Positions 48,227 through 60,500 of a stretch of 64,000 bases of DNA are shown here, in pieces. Position 1 is the first letter of the stretch. Each line of letters begins with the position of its first letter. The notes beneath the pieces are model-generated. The model did no database searches and was not told the DNA's origin. It saw only the letters and a program-made list of their open reading frames with translations. The translations under genes and the position numbers were made by a program. This DNA is from Cyanophora paradoxa CCMP329. Taxonomy: Eukaryota; Plantae; Glaucophyta. The DNA is taken from contig QPMI01000599.1 in the NCBI GenBank assembly GCA_004431415.1, forward strand, positions 1 through 64,000. Direction: 5' to 3'.

Positions 48227-51200
48227 TGGGCTCGAGATAATCGTGCACCCCCCTCCCGCGCTCGGGCGGGGGCGGCGCACCCTCGCCGAGGATGTGCATG
48301 GTGAGGACGAGGTTCTCGAGCTTGGCGACGCCGCGGTCGAAGAGCTGCGCCTGGTTCACGCGCGCCAGCCGCATCTCCACCTGCGGCAGAGGCGCGCGGG
48401 GTGAGGCGGAGGGGGCGGGGGGCGGGCGGGGGCGGGCCTTGTCGGTGCCGATCTGCATGGAGACGAGGAGGCGCTGGACGAAGGCGGCGACGTCCGTCTC
48501 GTGCTCGAGCACCAGCGGCAGGCCCACGTCCAGCCGCCGCCGCGCCCCCGCCGCCGCCGGCGCCCACGGCGGCGGGCTCGCCGGGTCGTACCCGTCCTCC
48601 CCCACCGGCTCCGGCGGCGTCGGCGGCCGCATCGGCTGCGCCGCCCACGATCGGCCGGGGGCACAGGGAATCGCGGAGTGGGGGTACAGTCGCACCTCAA
48701 GGTGGACGTCGGGCATGGGTGGGAAGGCCTCGCGGATGTACACGGGGGGCACGACCGACCGGATCTCCTCGAGCTGCGTGGCGCGCGTACCCCCAACTCA
48801 GAACGAAGCTCGTCCCGCAGCGCCGGGCTCGAGCCCCGGGGGGCCCGGATGCGCGCCTTGGTGTGGAGGTACTTGCGGTACTCGGCCTCGGGGGCCTCCC
48901 CGGAGACCATGTCGAGGTGGTAGCTCTCCACGTGGTTCAGCACCTGCGCCCCGGGGCGTCGGGTGCTGGCGGCCGCGCCGGCGCGGCGGGACGGGCCTGG
49001 GCGGCGTTGCGCCACATGGCGTCCGCGCGGGTGTGGGCGCCGTCGCGGGTGAGGGACTGCTTGATCGAGGCGCGCAGCCGCGAGAGCACGTTCGCCGCCT
49101 CGCTGCGCGGGCGTCACCGGCCGGAGACGGGGAGGAGGAGGGAGGGGGAGCAGCCAGCGCCCGCCCGGGAAGCCTAGTGGAGACTGGCGCCGCCGCCCGG
49201 GCCGGCCCCCCACCCCGCCTCACCTGACGTAGAAGGCGTCGTCCTTGGGGTAGTGCCGGGTGGTGCGCGTGCGCAGGTCCCACACGAGCGAGGCCACTGC
49301 GTCCTGCGTCGCCCGCGGGTCCGTCCGCCTGCGCGCCCCCGTGAGGGGCGGGGGCGAGAGGGCGGGGGCGGGCGGCGCCTGCGGGCACCGGTAGCGCTCG
49401 TACTCCTCGTGGAAGCCGCGGGCCTCGAGGGCGAAGCGCCGGATGTCCTCCTTCGAGACGCGCACCTGCCGGGCGGGGGGCGCGCCGCGGGGCGTCGGCG
49501 GGGCGGGGCGGGAGGGGCGGGGCTGGCGGGAGGGGCCGGCGGGGGCCGGGGCACCTCGGGGGCCCCGATGATCATCTCCTTGCGGGTGCCGTTGTTGCGG
49601 TCCACCGCCCGCACCGTCACCACGCCCCGCATGTCCACCTGCCCGCGCCGAGTCGCGCGGGCTGCCCCGGGCGGGGCGGGGCGGGGCTCGGGGGCGCGCC
49701 TCGAAGGTGAGGTCGAAGAGGGCGACGCCGCGGGAGACGACGGGCAGGCCCGAGAGCTCCATGCGCCCCAGCAGCACGTTCTCCCCCGTCCCCGACCCCT
49801 CCCCCTCGAACACCTGCCCCCCGGACCCGTCGCGCCGGGAGGGGCGGGGCGGGGCGGGGCGGGGCGGGGCGCCGGAGAGGCGCCGGGGGGGCGCGCGCCT
49901 GGATGAGGACGGTGGGCTGGTTGTCGTGGTGCGTGGAGAGCGTCACGGTGTTCTGCGCGGCGGGCGGCGCGGCGCTCAGCGCGCGGCTCCCGGCCCGGCG
50001 CTGCCTCGCCGCGGGGCGCGCCTGCGTGGGGAGCTTCGTGTTGCAGGCGATGATCTTCGTCATGACGCCTGCGGGCGGGGCGCGTGAGCGCGGGCGGCGG
50101 CGCGGGAGGGCGGCGGGGGCTGGGGCGGGGGCCCCCACCGGTGGCGAGCTCGACGCCGAGGGAGAGGCGGACGACGTCGTGGATGCGCCACTCGGGGGGC
50201 GCCCCGAAGTCCATCTCCCCCTGCGCGCCCCCGCCCCGGCCCGGTCGGCCCCCGAGCTGGGCCGGCGGTGGCCTCCTGGACCCCCCGCCCCCATTCCCCC
50301 GGCCCCGCCCGCGCCGGGGCCCCCGCACCTTGCCGTCGCCGGAGAGGATGGCGGAGATGAGGGCGCAGCCGGCCGCCACCGCCTCCTCGTGGTGCATCGT
50401 CTGCCCCGCCCCGGCTCGGCCGGCGCCTCGGGCCGGCCGCCGCGCCGCGCACCTTGGTCAGCTCCTTGCCGTCAAAGAGCGCGCGGAGGAGCTCCTGCGG
50501 GGGCGGCCCCCCGGGGCGCGCGTCAGCGGGGACGGGGCGGCGGGGGCGGAGGGGCCTGGGAGCGGCGCCTGGACGCGGGGGATGCGGGTGGAGCCGCCGG
50601 CGACGACCACCTCGAAGACGGCGGCGCGGTCCACCCCGGACTCCCGCAGCACCTGGCCCCGGCGAGGCCGGGTCGGACCGGACGCCGGCGGGGGGGCGGG
50701 GGCAGGAGGCGGCTCCCGAGCGCGGGACCGCAGCGCCGGCACCTTGGAGACGGGCTCGAGGCAGCGGCGGAAGAGGTCCTCGCAGAGCTCCTCGAAGGCC
50801 GTCCGCGAGATCGTCGTGTAGAGGTCGATCCCGTCCACCAGGCTGCCCCCGCGCCGCCTCCGGTCAGCCCGCGCCAGGGCCCCGGCAGGAGCGCCGCGGG
50901 GGGCCCGGGCGGACCTGTCGAGCTCGATGGAGGTGATGGCGTGGGAGGAGAGGGCCTTCTTGGCGCGCTCGCAGGCCGCCCGCAGCCGCCGCAGCGCGTA
51001 GTGGTCCGCCGAGATGTCCCGCCCCCGCTGCAGCTTGAACTGCCCCGCCCCGCCCGCACCCGTCGCCCCGGCCCCGCTCCGCGCCCGGGAGGGGCGCCGT
51101 GCGGCCAGGCCGGACCTGCTGCACGAAGAAGTCGACCATGCGCTGCGTGAAGTCGTCGCCCCCGAGCTGCGGGCGGCTCAGGGCGGGGCGGCGTGGGGGC

Positions 51201-52593
51201 GATGGGCGAGGGGCGGGCCTGGGAGTCGCCGGCGACGGCGCGGACGTGGAGGACGCCGTCCTCGAAGGTCTGGAGCGACGCGTTCACCGCCGAGGCCCCG
51301 ATGTCCACCTGCGCGCGAGGAACGTTCGCCTCCGACCCGAGGGAGCGCTCGCCCCGCCCCTCGCACCACCACGAACGTGACCGAGACGCGGGGCAGCGGC
51401 TCGTCGGCCACCGCCGGGTTCGACCAGCTGCGGGGCGGCCGCGAGGGATGAGGGGGGTGCGGCTCGCTTCGGGCGCCGCGCGGGCACGCACCCTTTGCTC
51501 TCGACGCCCATCCGGTCGAAGACGTGCCCCAGCGCGATCGCGACGGGCTCTTCGACGAGTCGAATCTACGGAGGGTACGAGTTACCGGGCGGTTGCGGCC
51601 CGAGAAGGGGGTACGGCAGACCACCGAGAGGCCGGCGACGGCGCCGGCGTCGCGAATCGCTTGCCTCTGGATAGTCGAGAACCCGGCTGCGGAGGGGTAC
51701 GTGAGCTCCAGATGAGGGCGGAGCATATTCGAATGGAGCCTCACCGGGTACCGCGATGACAGCATTCCGTACCTGGGGGAGGAGAGGGGGAGAGCGGTCG
51801 GGGGCGGGGCATCGGGCAGGGGCGAGGGAAGGGGCGCACCGGCCGGTTTAGGTAAGCCTCAGTAAGCTCCCGCTGCCTCATGAGCATCATGGCCGTGATC
51901 TGGGGGTACGTCAGCACCGGCGGGGTACGGGACCGTGCGGGCCCGGCGCGCTTCAAGTGGGGAGAAGTAGATGCGCTGGTCGCCCTTGGGTACGGCGTAC
52001 ACGGGCTTGTCGCCGTCCTGTGCAGTCATGAAGAAGTTCCAAGTCCGGAGCCTTGCCTGGACGGGCGGGTCGAAGAACCTGGCGGGGCGTGAGCGGCGGG
52101 CGGGGGCGCGGGGGGGCGCGCCGGGGCCCACCTCCTCCCCAGCACGCGCTTGGCGTCGTAGAGCGTGTTCTGAGGGTAGAGGATGGCGTACGCGCGTGCC
52201 TCCTCGCCCGCAACGCGCCCCTCGGGCACGACCGTCACGTAGTTGGGCTGGGATCGCAATCGGTTGCGGTCGCTGCGCGGCGGCGGACGAGCTCAGAACG
52301 CTGCAGGGCGGGGGTGGGCGGCAGGGCATGCTCCCGTGCCTCACAATCTCGATGCGCCCCATGTCCCACGTTGCCGAGCGGCAGTACGCTGTGCCGAAGT
52401 CGATGCCCACTGAGCCGGCTTGCTGCTGCGGCGCCTGGCCGGCGCGGGCGCGCTCTGGGATAACCAGAGATCCCGGTGCCGGCAGCGGCACGTCCTCCAG
52501 CAGAGCCGCCCCTGTCGGCGAAGCGCGGGCGCCTGGGCCGGTCCGGCGCGGGCCGGGGGCCGCCGCGATGGGCGGAGGCGATGCGTTCGCCAT
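47897..52593 (-). CDS. Atypical Hsp70-family protein with a unique C-terminal extension
   Basis: VGIDFGTAYC, NTLYDAKRVLGRRF, AVIAVPAGF..QRQAIRDAGAVAGL, EEPVAIAL, LGGDDF, RRLRAACERAKKALS, GGSTRIPRVQ, EAVAAG, LSLGVE, DNQPTVLIQVFEGE. No terminal EEVD. Confidence 0.9.
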
Positions 52594-52869
52594 CTGCGCT
52601 GTGACGGTGACCTAGCTACGAGAACTGCGATCCTTCACGCTCGCAGAGTCGCTGCCTGGGCCATCCACCGCCCGAGCTATTTCGAGTTGCGGCGGCGCGT
52701 GGCGGGAGCTGCGCCGCAGATCGATGCTGCTTCGGCAGAGCGCTTGGATTACGCTCTCTTCCGCGCGCTAGCTGGGCTCTTCTTTTTTTCAAGCGTGACA
52801 CTGTACCCGGAAGGCGAGAATCCTCAGATTATCCTCTGAATCCTCTGAATCCTCAGCATCGGGGCTGCG

Positions 52870-53804
52870 ATGGACCCGTACAGCGCCGACGAGAGTGCGA
52901 GGTGCAGGCCGAGCAGTGGAGCCATGCGCCGCACGCGCTGACGCCTCTCCCGCAGGCTCTTTGCTGCCGCGCGCTCCGCTTTCAGCGTCTACACGGCAGA
53001 CGCGGGCAAACAGGCGGAGCTCTTCCCGAAGCTTTTCGATGGTCCGTATCCGAGCCTGCTCGCGCAGCATCGGCGCCCGCGTTTCGAGCCACCCCGCGTT
53101 CTTCGTTGCAGAAAAGGCTGTCTTCGAAGACGGCATCATGCGAGCGGAAGGGCTGGAGCGGATCCAGAAGTGCGATGTGCGGGGGCCTGGCTCGGCGCCG
53201 CTGAATTGCTAGCGCTACGATCGGTCGCGGGCGCTGCCGGCGCCTCCGCTCGCCGCTCGAGTGCGAGCCCCGCGCAGGCAGTTCTACATTCTCGCCTGCG
53301 GCACGTCCAACATCCGCGTCGAGATCCGCTCTGTGGCGGGCAGGCGAGCCTTCGTTGCTCCAGCCTCGCGTTTGGCGTGCGCTCGCCGAGTCACGAAGGC
53401 CGCAGCCTGTCGGGTGTCCCCGGCCAAGGCCGCCTCATCGTGGACAACGTGCAATACTACACGCTGAGGGGCCTGCCCCTCACCGCGCCCGTGCGCGTCG
53501 TCTCTATCATCGACTTCAACGCCGAGGGTGCGCGGGCCCTTTAATCCTCCAGAATCTGATCGAGCTTGAGAGAAATTGATCCGCGCGGCGCAGGGAAGGT
53601 CTCCAAGCTCGAGGACTGTTTCGTGGTGCAGGACCTCATCGCCAGTATCCCTCTCGTCGGCGAGGCGCCCGTGCCACCCTCGCGCCTTTTTCCCTCACTC
53701 CTGTGCCGCCCGGCGGCCGTTCAGGGTACTTCTACCACCACTGGTTCAAGAACTGGTCGCCGCGGGTTGTGGGGTGGATGGCGCGGATGCTGGGGAGCCG
53801 CTAG
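52870..53804 (+). CDS. Small NTF2/SnoaL-like fold protein, multi-exon
   Basis: MDPYSADE..., KAVFEDGIMRAEGLERIQK|QFYIL, LIVDNVQYYTL, VRVVSIIDFNAE|GKVSKLEDCF match the NTF2-like pattern (AxFxD..GxxxI; GKIxxxxD). Confidence 0.6.
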
Positions 53805-54582
53805 GGGGGCCTCAGTCGCGGGGTACCAGGTTGTGCTGCTACGTATACTGGAGGGGCCCCTGGCGGCCCTGCACGCGCAGCTAATGATCGCCCTGGCTCC
53901 TCTCTCCGAGGCTCGCGGGGGCTTCAGTTTCACCCTCTGTTTCCCCCATGCCCTCGATTTTTGTCTAAACATTTTCGTCCTTTCTCCATTTAAGCTCGGG
54001 GCGGCCGGCGGGCCTGCGGATGCGCATGCGCATGCGCCTGCTCGCGCGCGCAGCGAGCCCCACACGCGCGCGCGCGCGCGCGATATTTGAAGGGGGTGTG
54101 GAGGGCCGGTAGAACGCTTAAGCCGACATCGATATCGATGCAGCGCTGAAGTAACGAAGTTAACGCCAGGCCGTCACGGCAGGACGCGCCACGACGACGC
54201 TCCCGCGCCGCTCGAAGTTGCCCCCGAGCTCTGCGGGAGGCCGCGCTTACCAACTCACTCGCGATCGAGGGGTACAGGTGCTGCAGAGCGGTTTCCGAGC
54301 TCCCCGCAAGCCTCGCAACCGCACAGCTGCAGGAGCGACACCTAGGCTATCATTAGGCCACAGGCCAACTGTCGGTTCCTCTTCCGAGCTCTTCGCGAGC
54401 TTGCACGCGAGGGCCAGATCCGGCGCAGACGCTTAGCTAGACTTCAGCGGGGACGGTGCACCGGGGCCTGACCCTTAGCTATGCAAAGAGCACAGTAGCG
54501 GCGCCCTGCAGCGCGTCGCCGCGCGATGGCACCGGGCGAAGGAGAGAATGCACGAGGTCGCGGACGAGCAGCCCGCCGAAGA

Positions 54583-57500
54583 ATGGAGCACGTCGGCGTC
54601 GTTGCGTCCTCTCTTCTCCTCGCTCTTTCACTCACGCTGCTCAACGCGCCCTCCGCCGTCCGCGCCGGCGGTACGTGCCACAAACGGACGTGACAGCATG
54701 ATCAGGACCTGCAGCCTTCTCTCACAGTCTGCGTCCGCGCAGACGGCGGGCGCGGCCCGGGCGGCGGCAACTGCCGGTGCGCGCTCAAGCAGCCTCGCGC
54801 GGTCGCAGGCGCGGGGCGGCCTGACCGATCGCCCCCCTCCCCCCGCAGCGGAGAGACGGCGCTAAACATGGAGACTGCGGTCGTGGAGGCGCGCGCCGCC
54901 GCGCCGCGCCCAAGCGCGGCGGGGCCTGATGGGCCGTGGCGCAGGGGGGCAACCTGGGCCCGCTCTTCCGCTGGTGCCACTGGACGGTCGTGCCGGACCT
55001 GCTGGACCGCACGGGCGGCACCGTCGGCTTCCGCGTCCACAATCTCATCCTCCTCGCCTCCGACTGGGACGAGCTCACCATGGTCCCGCCCCGCCCAGCC
55101 GCCTGCCGCCCCCCGCGCATCCGGGGCCTATGCCCCCCGGCCGCCCCCCCCCCCCCCCCCCCCCCCCCCGCCCAAAGCCGCCGCTTAGCTACGCCTCGCC
55201 CGTTTAGCTAGCTGCGTTTATTTATGACTCCTTCGCGGCCTTTACTTGATTCTCCACCTCTCTTCGCCTCTCCTCGCCTCTAGATATCAGCGGACTAACC
55301 TCGTGCACCCGTCGTTTTGCAGGTCACGGGTACACGACTGGAGCCCTCCTGGGGGAACGTCTTCTATGATCAATACACGCCCACGTGCGGTCCTCCCCGT
55401 TGCCTTTTCGAGCCGCGCACCCGCCCCTTCTGCATCTGCCGAACCGCGTACCCCCAGGACGGACCAGAGCTCGGGACAGCCCAAGTTCGTCGTGGACGAT
55501 AAAGTAGCCGTCCCAGCCTCCGTGATGTGGTGCGACTGCGCCCCCCGCCCACCCTTCCCCAGCGAGAATCGTCGAATCTGCGTACCCCAGGTGGAGCCAG
55601 AAGGCGGGGGACTACAGCAAGTGGAGCTACTACATCCACAGCGAGGACTGCGCACTAACCGTCGTCGACACTACCCCGGTGCGCCCTTTGTGCTGAAACT
55701 GTTATCGCCCGGATTCGAAACAGCGTCCCGCAGGGGAGCGGCAGCATCTCGCTGGCGCCCACTGACTCGCATCCGAAGTGCATCGCCTGGTGCGCCGCGT
55801 GACCCCCGTACACCCGTCGGTCTTTCCTCCCTGACCGTGCTCCCCGCCCGTGCCAGGCGGATCGAGGCCGCGACGCGAGACGCCGTCACCCTCACCTTCA
55901 CCGCAGCGAGCCTCCGGGGTGCCGCAGTGCTCAAGGTCCGTCATCCCCGTACCCCTCTTCCCCTGCCGACCCAGCCCTGTACCCCTCCCAGGTCTTTTCC
56001 GGGACGAGCCGGAACGGGCGGGTACTGGGCCGCTGGGACGCGGGGGAGGGGTCGACTCCGCCGCTGTCGGTACCCCTTGTTGGCGAGTCCTCCGTCTTCG
56101 TCTGGGCCTTCGTCCAGGTACCCCCCTTCCTCCCCGAAGAGTTCCCCGCCGGATCCGAGCCGGCGACCGGCTGCAGGATGCGGGCTCGTCGTTCGCGGCG
56201 GACTGGGTGGGGGCGGACTGCGTGGCGCCCGTGGCGGTGGCGATGGCGGGGGCGGCGGCGGGGGTGAGCCTGGGCAAGGCCGACTTCCAGGGCGGGCGCT
56301 GCGCCCCCTGCTGCAGGTGGCGCGCCACCGGCGGCGGCGGCGCCGCCATCGTCGCTCAGGTGGGGCCCCGCCTCCTGCCCAGCGCAGCGCAGCCACCTGA
56401 CGCCCCGCCGCTTGCCTCGGCTCCCCTCCAGGTCTCGTCCGTCGTCTTCACGCCCGCCGGGTACCTTCGGGTGCTCCCCTTCGTCCCTTCCCCTCCCGCC
56501 CGCTGCGCCTCACGCGGGGCGGGCAGCTCTCGGACCCGGCGCGGCCGGCGGGCTCCCAGGCCCTCGGCGGCGCCGCCTCGCGGGCGGCGCGGCTCCCGAA
56601 CCCGAATCTCGGGTTCGCGGCGCGACGGCTCCCCACCGTCGCCACCGACTCCGACGACATCCTGGTGCCTTGAAAGAAGAATAAGAGAGAGGAGGATCCT
56701 AAGGAGCTTGCGCCGACGGCTGCGTTTCCGCCCCCTGACGCGCCCCGGGCCCCGCCCTCGCAGCTGGAGTTCTTCCCCTCGCCGGCGGCCTTCGACGCGC
56801 CGGCCTCCGTCGCGCTGCACCTGTGGCCCGCCCCCGCCGCCGCCCCCGCCTGCTCCGGCACCGCCACCCTCACCGACACGGTGCGCTCTCAGCTCCTCGG
56901 GGCTCGCATTACCGTTCGCTGACGCCGGCCGCGCAGGACGGCTACATCCTGACGGCGGCCACGGGGCGGGCCTACGCGGCCGGCACCGCCTGCGAGTGGT
57001 GCGCATATCTAACAGAGCGCGCTGCCGACTCGCCTGCGCCGAGCTGCCGGGCAGGATCATCGACCCGGCGGCGCCGTACGACCTCATCCTGCTGACCTTC
57101 CACGCCTTCGAGGCGCCCGGGACCGGCGCGCACGAGGGCCGCCCCCTCCTCACCTCGGACCCCGCAGATGCCGCACGGGCTGGACGCGCTCTCGGTGTGG
57201 GCGGGGACGGCCACCGACGGCTCGGGGCCCGTCCTCCTGGACGCCCACACGTGCGCCCGCGCCCCTCCGGCCGCCGCCGCGGCGGCCCTGACGCGGCGCC
57301 CCCTCCGCCTCGCCTCGGGCAGGGGGATGGACGTGCCGTACAGCCTCTCGACGCCGGGCGGGGCGGCCTCGCCGCGGGGCATGGCCCTCAAGTTCGCCTC
57401 CGACGCCGCCCGCACCGACACGTACCCCTACCAGGGCTTCCTCGCCCGCTACCGCGCCGGCGCGCACCCCCGGCCCCGCCCCCCGTGCGCCGGCCGGTCC

Positions 57501-60500
57501 GCCGCATCTGACGCACCGCTCGCGCAGCGACGTGCACGGTGGTGACCCTCACGGCGGCGGCGGGGCGCCAGACGCTCACGGCGTCTACCCGCTGCGACCC
57601 GTGCTGCCTCTGGAAGGTGCGCGCCCCGCGCGGCCCGGGCCGGCCGGCCTCGCCGTGACGCGCAGGGCCGGGGCAGGTGGCGCCGGACCCGGCCGCCCCC
57701 TTCGCCCTCTCCGTCCTCTCCTTCTCCAGCGACGAGCTCGACTCCGTCCGGGTACGCTCTTCCCCCGCCGCGACGGCGACCGGGCCGCGCCGGCCGCCGC
57801 CGACCTGCGCCTCTGGCCGGCAGATCTACGCGGGGGCGGAGCGGAGCGTGGATGCGCTGGCGGCGACGCTGCGGGGGGCGCTGGAGCTCTACGAGGCGGC
57901 CGCGAGCACGCTCCTCTCCCGCGCCGGGGAGCCCTTCCTCCTCGAGATCCTCCAGGTCCATTAGAGCCCGCCTAAGCTTTGGCCGGGCCAGCGCCGTCCT
58001 CACGGTCGGGCAGGGCCCCGCCCGCCCGGCGGTGACGCTCTCGGTCTCCTGGGCGCCGGCGGACTGCATCGCGGGGGCAGAGGAGCCGGCCGGCCCGGGC
58101 TCCGCCTTCCGGGGCGCCCGGGGCATCGGGGACCCCTTCGCCCTCCCCGCCCTCCCCGGCCACGGGCCCGCCGCCTCCTCCGCCTTCCCCCTGCTGCGCT
58201 GCACCTGGCTCCTCGCCCCCGGGGGCGGCCGCCCCGCCGCCGTCAAGGCCCGCCCCTCCCCTCTCCCCGCGCCTCTCGCGGCGCCTCTGAACTCCTCTCT
58301 CCCCCCGGCAGGTGGCGCTCGACCGGCTGGAGGCGGAGCGCGGGCGGGACTTCCTCGCCCTCTACGACGGCTCCCCGCCCACGTGCGCCCTCCAATCCAT
58401 GCGGCGCGGCGGCAGAGATGAGAGTGTGCCGCGCTCGCGCGCGCAGGGTGGCGGGCGGGGTGCTGATGGGGGCGCTGGCCGGCCCCGTCCCGGCCTCCGC
58501 CCCGCGCTCCTGGACCTCCACCTCCTCCTCCGTCTACCTCTCGTGCGCCCCCCCGGCCGCCGCTCGCTCGAGATTCCGTGGTCGCGCTGAGTGCCGTTTT
58601 CCGCTCAGGTACGTCTCGACGCGGGCGGCCGCCGTCTCGGGCCCCGTGCCGGCCTTCGCGGTGGCCTACGAGACGGCGGGGGCCGCGGCGCTGTGCGACG
58701 GCGCCGTAACGCTCACCGCCGACGCCGGCACGATCACCGACGGCGCCGCCGGCGGCGCGTACGTCAACGGCATGTCCTGCTCCGTGCGCCCGCGCTCTCT
58801 GTCTTCCATCCGGGTGCGCGCTCGAGCTGAGAGCGGCGGCGCAGTGGCTCGTGCAGCCGGTGGCGGCCTCGGGCAGCGTCGTCCTCCTCTTCTCGCGCTT
58901 CTCGACGCAGCCCGGCGACGTCGTCACCGTCTACGTGCGTCCCGCGGCAGCTGGATCCGTCTGGGGGCTAGACGTTCTTAGACCTAAATCTTGGAGGGTT
59001 CGAGACGAGGGCTCACCCCGCTGCGCGGGCGCCGGGCAGGACGGAGCGGACGACTCGGCCGACGTGCTGGGGGAGTTCAGCGGCGAGCCGGCCGCCCCCT
59101 TCGAGGTCCGACCGGGGCGCCTCCCCCTCGCGCGCGCCGGCCGGTCGTGAGCAGACCGCGTCGCGCGCAGGTGCGGGGCACGGGCGTGGCGCTGTACGTG
59201 ACCTTTGCGTCGGACGGGACGGGCGTCGCCGGCGGCTTCGAGGCCTCCTACGCCCGCGAGACGGGCTTCTGCGCCCCCGGCGGGGTCGCCCTCCACCAGG
59301 CCTCAGCCCCCTCCATCACCGCCGCCTTCGGCCCGGCCGCCGCCTCCGCCGACTGCTCCTGGGTCGTGGACCGCCGCGCCGCCGGGTTCGACTCGGTCTG
59401 GCTGACCCTGCCGGCGCTGGCGTCCCTGGCCCCCGGGGACGCGCTGGTCGTGCGGGACGGGCCGGGCGCCGACGCGCCGGTGCTCCTGCAGGCAGACAGC
59501 GCGTACGCCGGCGGCGAGGTCCGCGGCTCGGCGGCCGCGCTGCGCGTCGCCTTCACGAGCGCCGCCTCCAACGCCAACCCGCTCGCCGGCGCCTCGTACG
59601 CCTCCGTCAAGTGCCCCGCCGGCGGCTGCTCCGGCCACGGCAAGTGCGTCCGCGGCAGCTGCCAGTGCGACCCCGGCTTCCAGGGTCCGCCCCTCCGCCT
59701 CTCCCCTTGCCGCCCCCGCCCCCTTCCGACCTCGCCTCAGGCGAGAACTGCGCCGTGACGGAGCCGGGGTGGACCTGCGGCGTGGACAAGTGGCGCGACG
59801 GCGTCTGCGACTGCAACTGCGGCGCCATCGAGTGCGCCCTTCTGGTTTCGTCGCTGTGAACCGCTGTTCCCTAATTCCACATCGCAGCCCGGACTGCGTC
59901 GGGCTGGCCTCCTTCCCCGCGTCCGTCCAGTCGACGCTCCGCGGGGGCGACTGCGCCGGGGCCGGCGCGGCGTACCCGGACGGCACCTGCGCGCACTGCC
60001 CCGTCCCGGCGGCGCTGAGCGAGTCGGACGGCTTCCGCGTCCTCTACGTCTCCCCGGTCGGGAGCGACGTGGCCGGGGACGGCGCGTGGCTCTCCCCCTT
60101 CGCCACGCTCCTCCGCGCCGCCCGCGACGTCGAGACGGGCACGACCATCGGTGAGCCCGGCGGCCCGCGCGCCCCCGCTCTCATCCTGTGCCGTCTCTGA
60201 CGAGGCCTGCCAGCGCTCATGCCGGGGCGGTACACGGGGATCGGCTTCTGCGGCGGCCTCGACTACGAGGTCTTCGGCAACACGAGCACGCCCTCGGACA
60301 TCTCCATCGTGGGGCTCGGCGGCCGCGACTTCGTGCTGGTCGACTGCAGCGGCACGGGCGGCCCCACCGCATTCGTCAACTCGTGCGCCGCCCTTGCGAG
60401 GCTTCTCGCTTGCAGCCGTCGGCCCCTTGACCAGCGGCGCAGGTGGATGCGCAACATCCGCATCCGCGGGATCACGTGGATGCGCGGCGCCGCGACTCCG

